This document shows, one piece after another, positions 36,806-45,709 of a stretch of DNA of 64,000 bases. The notes beneath the pieces were generated by a model. That model made no database searches and was not told where the DNA came from. It saw only the letters and a list, made by a program, of their open reading frames with translations. Source of the DNA: an uncultured Oscillospiraceae bacterium (GTDB lineage: Bacteria > Bacillota > Clostridia > Oscillospirales > Oscillospiraceae); the NCBI GenBank assembly GCA_964370925.1, contig CAYJLH010000004.1:3167-67166 (forward strand), given 5' to 3'. The translations under genes were made by a program, and so were the position numbers. The first letter of the stretch is position 1. The number at the start of each line of letters is the position of its first letter.

Positions 36806-38287
36806 CTATTTTATCGTGAAAAATGGAATACACATATCTTCGTACTTAAACTCGCCGTGGTCTCCCAATTTTTCACCAATACTTGTGTCATGTTGTCCGT
36901 GGTCAGAAATTATATAAGTAGTCCCCGAAAAAGCGGAAAGCATTTCGTTGACATAGCCCTCGATTTCATCGAGTTTTTTTATTGCTTCGTCTGAATACGT
37001 CCCATAAGTGTGGGAAATATCGTCATAGCCGTGGAAGTGTACAAAGACTAATTCGTGTTCCTCTTCTATCGTTTTCATGGCAGAAGCAAAAACTTCATCG
37101 TCAGTCGAGCCGTCAGCATTTTCATCTGCGTTTAAAATCGGCGAAACACTTGAATTCACAAGTTTTGAATATCCCTCAACCAAAACACCATCGACATTTT
37201 CAAACATGTCAGGCACTAAAAGTTCACGCTCTGAGCGCTCAGTTACGCCGTTTATGTCCGGTGTTTCCCCAGTTATCATCGCCGCAAGTGCCACATTTGA
37301 TATACTGGGCATAACTGTACGCATTTTTTCCACTGTATGCTCTTTCGAAAGTTCTAAGCCGTGCATTTCGTATGCTTTATAGCCCAGCCCGTCGATATGA
37401 ATTACCAAAACATCTCCCTCAGTGTTTTCAACTATGCCTTTCAGGTCTGTTATAGATGCCTCGGGTGCATCTTCCCAAACTCCAACTATGTCATGAATTC
37501 GGGTTTTTCCGTCGGCATCAACGTAGTCGGCAGTGTTTCCTCTCCAGTCGAAATAACCGTCAAGAGATACCATTTGCTCTGACCCATCACCGAAATAAGC
37601 AAGCGCTTCCCCACCATTTGAGTCAATATAGCTCGAAATCGGAACCATAGGTCGGCGAGTATAGGCGCTAACACCAAGTCCGTTTTTTTCTGCATTTCCC
37701 TCGACGACAGACATTATAACACTATCTTCAAGGAACAAATTTCCGTACGAAATTTCATAACCGCTCTCACCCGAAATTGTGCGCAAACACGCCTGTTCAG
37801 GGTGCATAATTTCTGCAACTAGTACAATATAGTCGATGTTTCTGATGCCTGCCTGTGGCGGAAAATTGGGAGCACTTATGGAAAATCCCGCAGTTTCATT
37901 CCAATAAAGCAAAATACTTTCATCAATATCATCTTTTGAGATTTCAGCCATAACACCATCCGGTGAATGAAAAATCACTTTAATTTCACTACCCAAAGGA
38001 ACAGCTTCATTTAGCACATTTATAAGCGGTATTGCCGGAAAATTTTCTCCATCTTTTTCAACTGTTGTGGTTTCATAATCCGAAAAGTCCGTCAGCGTAA
38101 TTTCGGTTTCGACATCGCCTGTTATGGTAATAGGGCTTCGCTCTCCCGACAAAAATGAGATTTCAGTCGGTGCAACTTCTTCTGTTTGTGGTGATATCTG
38201 AGGTGAGTTACTCGCCTGTTCCTGACATCCCGAGAATATAAAAAGCGTCGCAAGCGATAGAACTGTTAAGCTAATTTTCTTTTTCAC
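36806..38287 (-). CDS. lipoprotein: YedY-like module plus alkaline-phosphatase-superfamily (NPP-type phosphodiesterase/pyrophosphatase) domain
   Basis: GTG 38287, 6 nt after GGAGG. Lipobox IFSGC. FPAIPLINVLNEA..VIFHSPDGVMAEISKDDI module. AP-type motifs VIHIDGLGY, MPSISNVALAAMITGETP, FVHFHGYDDISH, ISDHGQHD. Confidence 0.6.
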   Translation of the reverse strand: MKKKISLTVLSLATLFIFSGCQEQASNSPQISPQTEEVAPTEISFLSGERSPITITGDVETEITLTDFSDYETTTVEKDGENFPAIPLINVLNEAVPLGSEIKVIFHSPDGVMAEISKDDIDESILLYWNETAGFSISAPNFPPQAGIRNIDYIVLVAEIMHPEQACLRTISGESGYEISYGNLFLEDSVIMSVVEGNAEKNGLGVSAYTRRPMVPISSYIDSNGGEALAYFGDGSEQMVSLDGYFDWRGNTADYVDADGKTRIHDIVGVWEDAPEASITDLKGIVENTEGDVLVIHIDGLGYKAYEMHGLELSKEHTVEKMRTVMPSISNVALAAMITGETPDINGVTERSERELLVPDMFENVDGVLVEGYSKLVNSSVSPILNADENADGSTDDEVFASAMKTIEEEHELVFVHFHGYDDISHTYGTYSDEAIKKLDEIEGYVNEMLSAFSGTTYIISDHGQHDTSIGEKLGDHGEFKYEDMCIPFFTIK

Positions 38288-38918
38288 TGGTTTCCTCCAA
38301 CTCTTTGGGCATAGGTACTGAAAAACCATTGCCTTTTTGTTTTTCATCTTTTGTGATTTGTCTGCCTTGCAAAATCCCGAGGCGTCTTACGTTAGAGCCG
38401 ATTGAATGTGCAACCAAACCACCCAAACCGCCAGATAGTGCAGATGCAGTTAGTGATAGCATCAATGGAACAAAAGATAGGTTGAAAATCGCAAGATTCA
38501 CCGAAAAGCTACCTGCCATGTTGGCAACAACTCCGCCAAGAAAACAGCAAATCGCACAATCTGCCCTGTGCCTCATAATCAAATATAAAAGGTCAATTGC
38601 AATTCCGGGCATGGTGTAAGTTAGAATACTCGCCGCACCATGAGAGCCAAGCGCGCCTGTTAGTGTAACAACCGCACCTTGTATCAAAGCAACGACAAAA
38701 GCCGTTCCCCATTTTCCTGTAATGCTCTCCCCCAACACAAGGAAAGCCATATAAAAACCGCCTGCAACCACACCGCCGGGTATAAAAAGTGGCCCTGTGA
38801 TGATTTGTGCAAGCGGAACAATAATCGCCTTAATTGCTATGCCCATAGCAGCAACCATGGACATAATGCAGTAATCTGCCAGTGTGAAATATGGTCTTTT
38901 TATTTTCAAGAGTAACAC
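38271..38918 (-). CDS. ECF transporter substrate-specific (S) component-like membrane protein, unknown specificity
   Basis: ~6 hydrophobic helices, Gly/Ala-rich (PLFIPGGVVAGGFYMAFLV). Located inside the ECF operon. The true start is possibly TTG 38909. Confidence 0.55.
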   Translation of the reverse strand: MLLLKIKRPYFTLADYCIMSMVAAMGIAIKAIIVPLAQIITGPLFIPGGVVAGGFYMAFLVLGESITGKWGTAFVVALIQGAVVTLTGALGSHGAASILTYTMPGIAIDLLYLIMRHRADCAICCFLGGVVANMAGSFSVNLAIFNLSFVPLMLSLTASALSGGLGGLVAHSIGSNVRRLGILQGRQITKDEKQKGNGFSVPMPKELEETSEKEN

Positions 38919-38929
38919 TCCTTTTCACT

Positions 38930-38961
38930 ATTAGGGCAGATGCATCTGCACCTACCCTAAT
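38930..38961 (-). other. intercistronic stem-loop between the lipoprotein and S-component genes
   Basis: ATTAGGG...CCCTAAT enclosing the palindrome CAGATGCATCTG. No U-run. Confidence 0.35.
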
Positions 38962-38994
38962 AAAATAACTCGTCATCTTGTAGTATTACAAGAA

Positions 38995-40575
38995 TTAATC
39001 AATAACAATTTGAACTAGATATTTCGCCCAGTTATTTGCTGTGAAGTTTTCGCTGACTGCAAACCAAACTTTGCCGTCGCCATCGCTTTCGATATATTCG
39101 CCATCTTGATATAGTGCAAACATTGATTGTGGGTCGTTTAGCATGTCGGGTGTTAGTTTGATTTCATATCCGTCAGAAGCGATAACTGTTATTGTGCTTT
39201 CTGGGTCAGCACCAACAAAGTTTGCAATTTCTGACCAGTGAACACCTTTGTAAACACCGACAACTGTTTCACCAAAAGAGTTTGTGCGTGAGATTTCATG
39301 CTCTAGTTGTGGTAGTGCCATAAAATCTTCTTCTGTGATAGCTTTTGCTTCGCCACCAACTGTGATAGTTAAAAGTGCGCCTTCAACAGCTTCTGTTTCA
39401 ACTTCTTCGCCTGCTTCTTCTGACACTGTTTCACCTGAAACCAATTCGCCTGATGGAACAATTGAAGCTAGGTATTTGACTTTTCCGCCGCCTTTAGCAT
39501 CGCCAAAGTCATAACCTTCGAATTCAGCTCTGATATAGCCCTCTTCTTCGTCTGGATAGATTTTTCCGAATTCAATAGCGTCACCAGGAATAACTGTCTC
39601 ATATCCGTCGCTTGCGATGAATTTATACTCGCTGTAACCGTTAATTCCCAGTGTATCAAGTAGTGTTGCAACATCTGTTTCTGTTCCGAAATAAATAGCT
39701 GTTGAACCAGCTTTAACTAGGTCAAGTTGCTTAACACGCATGCCTAGGTTTAGTGTTTCTGAGAAATATTGTGGTGCATTTGTTTCCATATCTTCGCTAC
39801 CCTCAAGTTTTGAAACATAGCAAGTGAAGAATACATCAGCATTTTCTGTTTTTTCGTGTCCATCACGAGCAATTAAAGTAAATACTTCTGTTTCATTTTC
39901 AGGAAGGAATGCATCAAAATATGCTTGAAGTGAGTATGATTCAACCATTGTTCCGTCATAGTCTAAAGTTTCAGGTGTTAAAGTTGTCGCATTTTCAAAG
40001 AAAAATTGAACTTCTGCAACCATTTCTTCGCTTGCAGCCGCAGCTTCACCTGCACCAATTTCAATCATTGATAAATCTTTAACCCAGAACATAGCGCGTT
40101 TTTCAGGAACTGCACTTCTAGGTGTTTCAAGGACTTCACCGTTAAATGTAAGAACGATGTAAGCGCCTGTTTCTGCATATTCGTCGGCTGGTACGTTCAT
40201 AACATAACCGTCAGCCGCTGTGAAAGTCAAGCCACCGACATCTGCCAAGTTGATTCCATTTTCTTCAAGAACTTTTGCAATTGAAATGCCCTCAAAAACG
40301 ATTTCTGAGCTTTCGCCTTTTGAGTCTAGTGATGTTGTTTCAATTGTTTCAAGCTCCATAGCTTTCATGTCTGCACCGGTAAGTACGATGTCAACACCCT
40401 CACCTTTGATTGCAATTTCATAATCGTCAGCAAGTCCGCCCTCAGTTGATGCCTCGGGGCTAACTTCAGCACTTGCCACGGGGCTTTCTTCCGGAGCATC
40501 TGTTTCACTTGAACATCCGGCAAACACCAGCATAAGCAAAACAAGCGCAAGGGATAATAGTGTATGCTTTTTCAT
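38995..40575 (-). CDS. lipoprotein with three YedY/sulfite-oxidase-like molybdopterin-binding-type modules
   Basis: Lipobox VFAGC. Modules FEGISIAKVLEENGI..TFTAADGYVMNVPADEY..LTFNGEVL..MFWVKDLSMIEI; LLDTLGINGYSEYKFIASDGYETVIPGDAIE; YKGVHWSEIANFVG..VIASDGYEIKLTPDML..ALYQDGEYI..NNWAKYLVQIVI. Confidence 0.55.
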   Translation of the reverse strand: MKKHTLLSLALVLLMLVFAGCSSETDAPEESPVASAEVSPEASTEGGLADDYEIAIKGEGVDIVLTGADMKAMELETIETTSLDSKGESSEIVFEGISIAKVLEENGINLADVGGLTFTAADGYVMNVPADEYAETGAYIVLTFNGEVLETPRSAVPEKRAMFWVKDLSMIEIGAGEAAAASEEMVAEVQFFFENATTLTPETLDYDGTMVESYSLQAYFDAFLPENETEVFTLIARDGHEKTENADVFFTCYVSKLEGSEDMETNAPQYFSETLNLGMRVKQLDLVKAGSTAIYFGTETDVATLLDTLGINGYSEYKFIASDGYETVIPGDAIEFGKIYPDEEEGYIRAEFEGYDFGDAKGGGKVKYLASIVPSGELVSGETVSEEAGEEVETEAVEGALLTITVGGEAKAITEEDFMALPQLEHEISRTNSFGETVVGVYKGVHWSEIANFVGADPESTITVIASDGYEIKLTPDMLNDPQSMFALYQDGEYIESDGDGKVWFAVSENFTANNWAKYLVQIVID

Positions 40576-40624
40576 TCTGTTTCTCCTTATTTCATCTTCA
40601 TTTTTTCAGCTTTCGCATCATGGT

Positions 40625-40664
40625 ATTTTAACATATTTTCTTGATAAATGTCAAGCAATGTCAA
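40625..40664 (-). promoter_or_regulatory. promoter of the ECF operon
   Basis: Minus strand: tandem TTGACA boxes (40664-40659 and 40654-40649). The proximal box is 18 nt from TAAAAT (40630-40625). Confidence 0.5.
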
Positions 40665-40702
40665 CATTTTCGAATAGTCAAAATGCCCAAATCACAAACT
40701 TT

Positions 40703-41359
40703 TCAAAGCAGTATTTCAAACTCATTTTTTGAAAATTTTATTATGCCCTCTTTCTGCATTTTCGATAGTTCATTTGAAAGCGCACTTCTATCCGCACATA
40801 GAAAACTCGCGAGTTGTTCACGATTTAACTCTATAGTAAACTTTTTAGCGCCTCTCCTTGAATAGTTGAAATATGCCATAATCTTTTCCCTCAGAGTTTT
40901 CTTAGAAATAATATCAATTTTTTGGTTTAGATACAGACTTTTTCTGGCTATAACCTTTAGCATATTGGAAATTAGTGTCTGATGAAACCTACATGATGAA
41001 CTACATGTCGTAACAATTTTCCTATAGTCTAAAAACAAAACCCGACTTTTCGCCCCTGCGACTATCGAAACAGGGCTTTGAAAAATATCCGCACACGCGA
41101 AAACCTCCAAAAAGATATCCCCGTCAGATATCTCGGCAATTATTGTTTCATTTCCGTTTTCATCAGACTTCATAACTCTAACTTCACCCGAAATTACTAT
41201 TCCTACAAAATCTATTTTGTCACCTAAGTGTAAAATATACTCATTTTTGGCGTAGCTCTTTTCAAATGCGGATATGCAATTAAACATAGCATTAAAATCT
41301 TCTCTTGTGATATTATCGAATATAGGATGTGCACATACTAAATCAAAATAATTTTTCAT
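40703..41359 (-). CDS. Crp/Fnr-family transcriptional regulator (HcpR-like by context)
   Basis: cNMP-binding-like N-terminus and C-terminal HTH (REQLASFLCADRSALSNELSKMQKEGII). Start at ATG 41359 after AAAGGGG. Divergent from hcp. Confidence 0.8.
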   Translation of the reverse strand: MKNYFDLVCAHPIFDNITREDFNAMFNCISAFEKSYAKNEYILHLGDKIDFVGIVISGEVRVMKSDENGNETIIAEISDGDIFLEVFACADIFQSPVSIVAGAKSRVLFLDYRKIVTTCSSSCRFHQTLISNMLKVIARKSLYLNQKIDIISKKTLREKIMAYFNYSRRGAKKFTIELNREQLASFLCADRSALSNELSKMQKEGIIKFSKNEFEILL

Positions 41360-41373
41360 AATACCCCTTTTTC

Positions 41374-41398
41374 GTTGTGTAGACAACAGATTTGTTGT
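41374..41398. promoter_or_regulatory. overlapping palindromes in the crp/hcp intergenic region (candidate operator)
   Basis: GTTGT-gtag-ACAAC (41374-41387) and ACAACA-gatt-TGTTGT (41383-41398), just upstream of TATAAT 41405-41410. Confidence 0.35.
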
Positions 41399-41445
41399 GT
41401 TGATTATAATACAATGTGGATACAGAAGTCAAGGAGGCTTAACAA

Positions 41446-42117
41446 ATGAGCAAAAAAGTTATAAAGATAGATGCCGACAAATGCATAGGCTGTGGTCTAT
41501 GTGCAGCGACATGTAAGCAAAGTGCAATCGAAATGATTGACGGAAAAGCAGTTGTAACATCAGAAGATTATTGCGACGGAATTGGAAATTGTCTTCGCGT
41601 ATGCCCTGTAAACGCAATTAGTTTTTCAGATAAAGATGTAAGCAAATCAGAGGACAGACCCAAACATTCAACTTGCCCCGGTAGCAGAGCAAAAATGATT
41701 TCATCTGACGAAAATGTTGCAGATGTAAAAATAAAATCCGCCCTACGTCAATGGCCAGTGCAAATTAAATTAATTCCCGAAAGTGCGCCTTATTTTGAAA
41801 ATGCAGACTTGCTTATCGCCGCAGATTGCTCCGCATTTGCATATGCAAATTTTCATGCGGAATTTATCAAAGATAAGATTACTATAATCGGATGTCCAAA
41901 ACTCGATAGTGTTGACTACACGAATAAATTAAGTTCAATCATCAATAATAACAGTATCAAGTCAGTTACAGTCGTGAGAATGGAAGTTCCATGCTGTGGT
42001 GGTATCGAAAACGCCGCAGTTAACGCAGTGAAAAACAGTGGAAAAAAATTACCGCTTAATGTAGTTACTATTACAATTAACGGTGAAATTTTAAAAAATA
42101 AGAAAGTTGAGGATTAG
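41446..42117 (+). CDS. 4Fe-4S dicluster ferredoxin-domain protein
   Basis: CIGCGLCAATC and CDGIGNCLRVCP motifs. Co-oriented with and adjacent to hcp. Confidence 0.75.
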   Translation: MSKKVIKIDADKCIGCGLCAATCKQSAIEMIDGKAVVTSEDYCDGIGNCLRVCPVNAISFSDKDVSKSEDRPKHSTCPGSRAKMISSDENVADVKIKSALRQWPVQIKLIPESAPYFENADLLIAADCSAFAYANFHAEFIKDKITIIGCPKLDSVDYTNKLSSIINNNSIKSVTVVRMEVPCCGGIENAAVNAVKNSGKKLPLNVVTITINGEILKNKKVED

Positions 42118-42121
42118 TCAA

Positions 42122-43732
42122 ATGAGTGAAATGTTCTGTTTCCAATGTCAGCAGACCGCACACAACGTCGCTTGCGAAGGCAAGAGCGGTGTTTGCGGAA
42201 AAAAATCCAACAATGCACAGCTTCAAGACGAATTGACAAGTGCATTAATCGGGCTTGCACGTTGCCTAGACGGTGATACAAAACCCACAGAGGACACAGC
42301 AAGAATTGTAATCGAGGGGCTTTTTACCACCATTACGAACGTAAACTTCAACGATGACACAGTGCAGAAAATGATTGAGCTTGTCCACAATGAAAAGTCT
42401 GTAATCGTTCCCGGTTGTGCCGGATGCACCTCTGCATGTAACAGAAACGATGATTATCACATGGACTATCTTTGGAAAGAACACGAAGATATTCGCTCGC
42501 TGAAATCATTGATTTTGTTCGGTATTCGTGGTATGTCCGCTTATGCACATCATGCGATGGTTTTAGGCTACGAAAGCGAAGAAATCAACCAATTTTTGTA
42601 CAAGGCGCTGTTTTATATCGGCTCTGATTGTGGCGCGAATGAACTTCTTCCAATCGTACTTGAAGTCGGAAAAGTGAACTTACAGTGCATGGAACTTCTG
42701 GACAAAGCCAACACCGAAAGTTACGGCACACCAGTGCCCACAAGCGTTTCACTAACTATTGAAAAAGGCCCATTTATCGTCATCAGCGGACATGATTTGC
42801 ACGATCTTAAACTTCTTTTAGAACAAACAAAAGACAAGGGCATAAACATCTATACACACAGCGAAATGCTACCAGCTCACGCCTATCCAAAACTCAAAGA
42901 GTACAAGCATTTAAAAGGAAATTTCGGCACTGCGTGGCAAAGTCAGCAGAGCGAATTCCACAACATTCCCGCACCGATTTTGTTCACCACTAACTGCCTA
43001 ATGCCAGTTCGTGAGAGCTATAAAGACAGAGTTTTCACAACGTCTGTTGTGTCATATCCAGAGCTTGTGCACATTGGAAACGACAAAGATTTTTCGGCTG
43101 TAATCGCAAAGGCCTTAGAGTGTGGCGGTTACGACGAGGACAAGCAAATGACAGGCATCAACGGCGGTAAAACTGTCATGACAGGCTTTGGTCACGGTAC
43201 TGTTTTATCTGTTGCAGATAAGGTCATTGACGCCGTTAAGGGTGGAAAAATCAAACACTTTTTCCTAGTCGGCGGTTGTGATGGCGCTCAATCTGGCAGA
43301 AACTATTACACTGAGTTTGTAAAACAAAGCCCTAAGGACAGCATTATTTTAACTCTCGCTTGTGGTAAATATCGTTTCAATGATTTAGACCTTGGAGATA
43401 TAGAGGGCTTGCCTCGTATCATGGACATGGGACAATGTAACGACGCTTATAGTGCAATTAAAGTTGCCGTTGCTTTGTCTGAGGCTTTTGGATGCACAGT
43501 CAATGAATTACCTCTATCCATGGTGCTTTCTTGGTACGAACAAAAAGCGGTTGCAATACTTCTAACACTTCTTTACCTCGGAATTAAAGACATCTATTTA
43601 GGGCCAACTCTACCAGCTTTTGTGTCAAAAAATGTGCTTGATATTTTGGTCAAAAACTATAATATTTCGCCAATTAGCACTCCTGAAGAGGACTTAAAAA
43701 AAATTCTTGGTGAAGTTGCTGTCGCAAACTAA
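42122..43732 (+). CDS. hcp: hydroxylamine reductase / hybrid-cluster protein
   Basis: N-terminal CFQCQQT...C...C cluster motif, ~536 aa, conserved GGCDG and MGQCNDAYS segments. ATG 42122 is 8 nt after GAGGA. Confidence 0.93.
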   Translation: MSEMFCFQCQQTAHNVACEGKSGVCGKKSNNAQLQDELTSALIGLARCLDGDTKPTEDTARIVIEGLFTTITNVNFNDDTVQKMIELVHNEKSVIVPGCAGCTSACNRNDDYHMDYLWKEHEDIRSLKSLILFGIRGMSAYAHHAMVLGYESEEINQFLYKALFYIGSDCGANELLPIVLEVGKVNLQCMELLDKANTESYGTPVPTSVSLTIEKGPFIVISGHDLHDLKLLLEQTKDKGINIYTHSEMLPAHAYPKLKEYKHLKGNFGTAWQSQQSEFHNIPAPILFTTNCLMPVRESYKDRVFTTSVVSYPELVHIGNDKDFSAVIAKALECGGYDEDKQMTGINGGKTVMTGFGHGTVLSVADKVIDAVKGGKIKHFFLVGGCDGAQSGRNYYTEFVKQSPKDSIILTLACGKYRFNDLDLGDIEGLPRIMDMGQCNDAYSAIKVAVALSEAFGCTVNELPLSMVLSWYEQKAVAILLTLLYLGIKDIYLGPTLPAFVSKNVLDILVKNYNISPISTPEEDLKKILGEVAVAN

Positions 43733-43753
43733 ATTTTCATCCCCCTAGGGGGC

Positions 43754-43782
43754 TTGCGAAAGTGTTTTTTACACTGTACAAT
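43754..43782 (+). promoter_or_regulatory. promoter of the PIG-L-like gene
   Basis: TTGCGA, 17 nt, TACAAT. Confidence 0.45.
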
Positions 43783-43811
43783 GGTAAAAAATATAAGTAG
43801 CGGAGGAAATT

Positions 43812-44555
43812 ATGGCTAAGAGAATTTTGTTACTGGGTGTTTATGGAATGGAGCTTGTCGAGTGCGGTGGAGTGCTCGCCAAGAATGTAATAGATGGTGG
43901 AAAAAGTTATGCTTCTATAATGCTTGCCGGCCCTTTGATGAGGGATAATGTATCGCAAGCAGCGGAAATACTTGGAGTAAACAAAGTATATTTTAACGAT
44001 TTCAAAACAGGCGAAGTTAATTTCGACAGAGAGCATAAATTAGCTCTTATCAAAATTATTCGTGAAGTAAAGCCTGATATCGTAATCACTCAGGACCCTG
44101 AGCACATAGTTTCAGACCTTGACCCTGACAGACGGCCCGCAATGATTTTAATACTTGAAGCACTAGCACTTGCGTCTAGGGACTTCGGTCTTGACGCAAT
44201 GCCAGAGCTTGAGCCACATTCTGTTCCCAAAATTTACTACATGAGCCCTGTAAATCCAAACTGCACCGTTAATATCGCAAGCGTTTGGCATTTAAAGGAA
44301 AAAGGCATGGATGTTTTAGAGTCTCAAATGACATTTAGTGGTAAATATTATGAGAGAAAGTTCTCAGAAACTGAACTAGAAGTTTTAGTACCTGGTTTCA
44401 AGAACTTAGACTCTTACTACAAAAAAGGCAGAAGTGTTGCAAGCTCCATTGACAAAGCCATACACATGTTTTATGGCGCTGGCGGACATGGAACTTTCGC
44501 TCTAGCCGAGGCATATAGATTTGAAGGTCGATTTGAATTCGAAGAATTATGGTAA
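43812..44555 (+). CDS. LmbE/PIG-L-like protein lacking the canonical metal-binding motifs (tentative)
   Basis: Layout ILLLGVYGMELVECGGVLAK...AAEILGV...IREVKPDIVITQDP resembles PIG-L deacetylases. The HPDD and HxDH positions read YGME and DPDR. Confidence 0.45.
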   Translation: MAKRILLLGVYGMELVECGGVLAKNVIDGGKSYASIMLAGPLMRDNVSQAAEILGVNKVYFNDFKTGEVNFDREHKLALIKIIREVKPDIVITQDPEHIVSDLDPDRRPAMILILEALALASRDFGLDAMPELEPHSVPKIYYMSPVNPNCTVNIASVWHLKEKGMDVLESQMTFSGKYYERKFSETELEVLVPGFKNLDSYYKKGRSVASSIDKAIHMFYGAGGHGTFALAEAYRFEGRFEFEELW

Positions 44556-44592
44556 TTATCCTTGAATTTCAGCCCCAAAGATTTACAATATT

Positions 44593-44631
44593 AAAAACAA
44601 GCTCTCCGACACCATTGGAGAGCTTGTTTTT
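44593..44631. terminator. bidirectional terminator
   Basis: AAAAACAAGCTCTCC-9 nt-GGAGAGCTTGTTTTT. Confidence 0.85.
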
Positions 44632-44691
44632 GATTTATTATTCAATAAATTAGTTCAAATAGAAAAAGCCTAAGTTGTGGCATTTTGGAGT

Positions 44692-45399
44692 TTAATTACA
44701 CGCTTTTATAAACTCGTCAAATAAAATTTTCATGCTGTTTTCAGCCACAAGCATAGCCTCAGGATGCCATTGAACACTTACGCAAAATGGATAGTCTTCA
44801 AATTCTACAGCTTCAATTATTCCATCAGATGTATGACCTACAGCTACTAAGCCTTTGCCAAGGTCTTTTATGCTTTGGTGGTGAAAACTGCTCGCCATAA
44901 CTTCATCGCCGTAATACTCGTGAAGTTTAGAACCTTTTTTAATTGTAACTTTATGGCATATATCGCTATAAGAGCCTGTTTGATAATGCTTCATAACTTT
45001 ACATTGTGAGGGAATATCTTGATAAAGCGTTCCGCCACACACTATATTTAATGCTTGATGACCACGGCAGATTGCCAAAATCGGTTTTTTTGCCTCTATC
45101 GCCTTTTTGGTAATCTCAAGGTGACATTTATCGACAAACATAAATGTTTCACCTAATTGTGGATGTGGTTCTTCGTTGTAAAACAGTGGGTTAATATCAT
45201 CCCCACCACTCAAAACAAAGCCATCCATAGCTTCTATAGTTTCATTTAAAAGGATTTCGTCCGTCATATTTGGAATTAAAAATGGAAGTCCGCCCGATTT
45301 TATAACAGCATCACTATATGCTGCGTTTAGTGCATTTCTCGGTAATCCACTTGTCGGATTGACCATTTGAAAAGTTGTTATGCCTATTCTGGGTTTCAT
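44692..45399 (-). CDS. class I glutamine amidotransferase, gamma-glutamyl hydrolase (peptidase C26) family
   Basis: ILAICRGHQALN nucleophile-elbow Cys, SFHHQ, VQWHPE. Confidence 0.85.
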   Translation of the reverse strand: MKPRIGITTFQMVNPTSGLPRNALNAAYSDAVIKSGGLPFLIPNMTDEILLNETIEAMDGFVLSGGDDINPLFYNEEPHPQLGETFMFVDKCHLEITKKAIEAKKPILAICRGHQALNIVCGGTLYQDIPSQCKVMKHYQTGSYSDICHKVTIKKGSKLHEYYGDEVMASSFHHQSIKDLGKGLVAVGHTSDGIIEAVEFEDYPFCVSVQWHPEAMLVAENSMKILFDEFIKACN

Positions 45400-45640
45400 G
45401 TGTTACCTCTCTCATTTTACTTCAACACAGTATATCATTACACCAGAATTTTATCAAGTACTGATATATAATATATTAATATGTCACGTCATAGCATGTG
45501 TACTCTTTATCGAAATTGTATCCTTGTTTTTTCGAAAGTTCGAGTGAATGTAAATTCGCCGCTTCACGCCCTTTTCTCTATTATAACAGATGAGTTCTCT
45601 TTGACAAGTAGGCGTTGACATTTTTTAGGTATCTCATCTC

Positions 45641-45669
45641 TTGCATTTTTTAATAACTAGCAGTATAAT
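45641..45669 (+). promoter_or_regulatory. promoter of the C11 peptidase gene
   Basis: TTGCAT, 17 nt, TATAAT. Confidence 0.6.
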
Positions 45670-45709
45670 TGTAAATATGAGGTAATTACAAATTTTTAAG
45701 GAGGCTGTT

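Noticed and set aside
43741-43752. CCCCCTAGGGGG palindrome after hcp as a terminator
   Set aside because: There is effectively no loop and no adjacent T-run. It may still contribute to a weak hairpin, but the evidence does not support annotating it.
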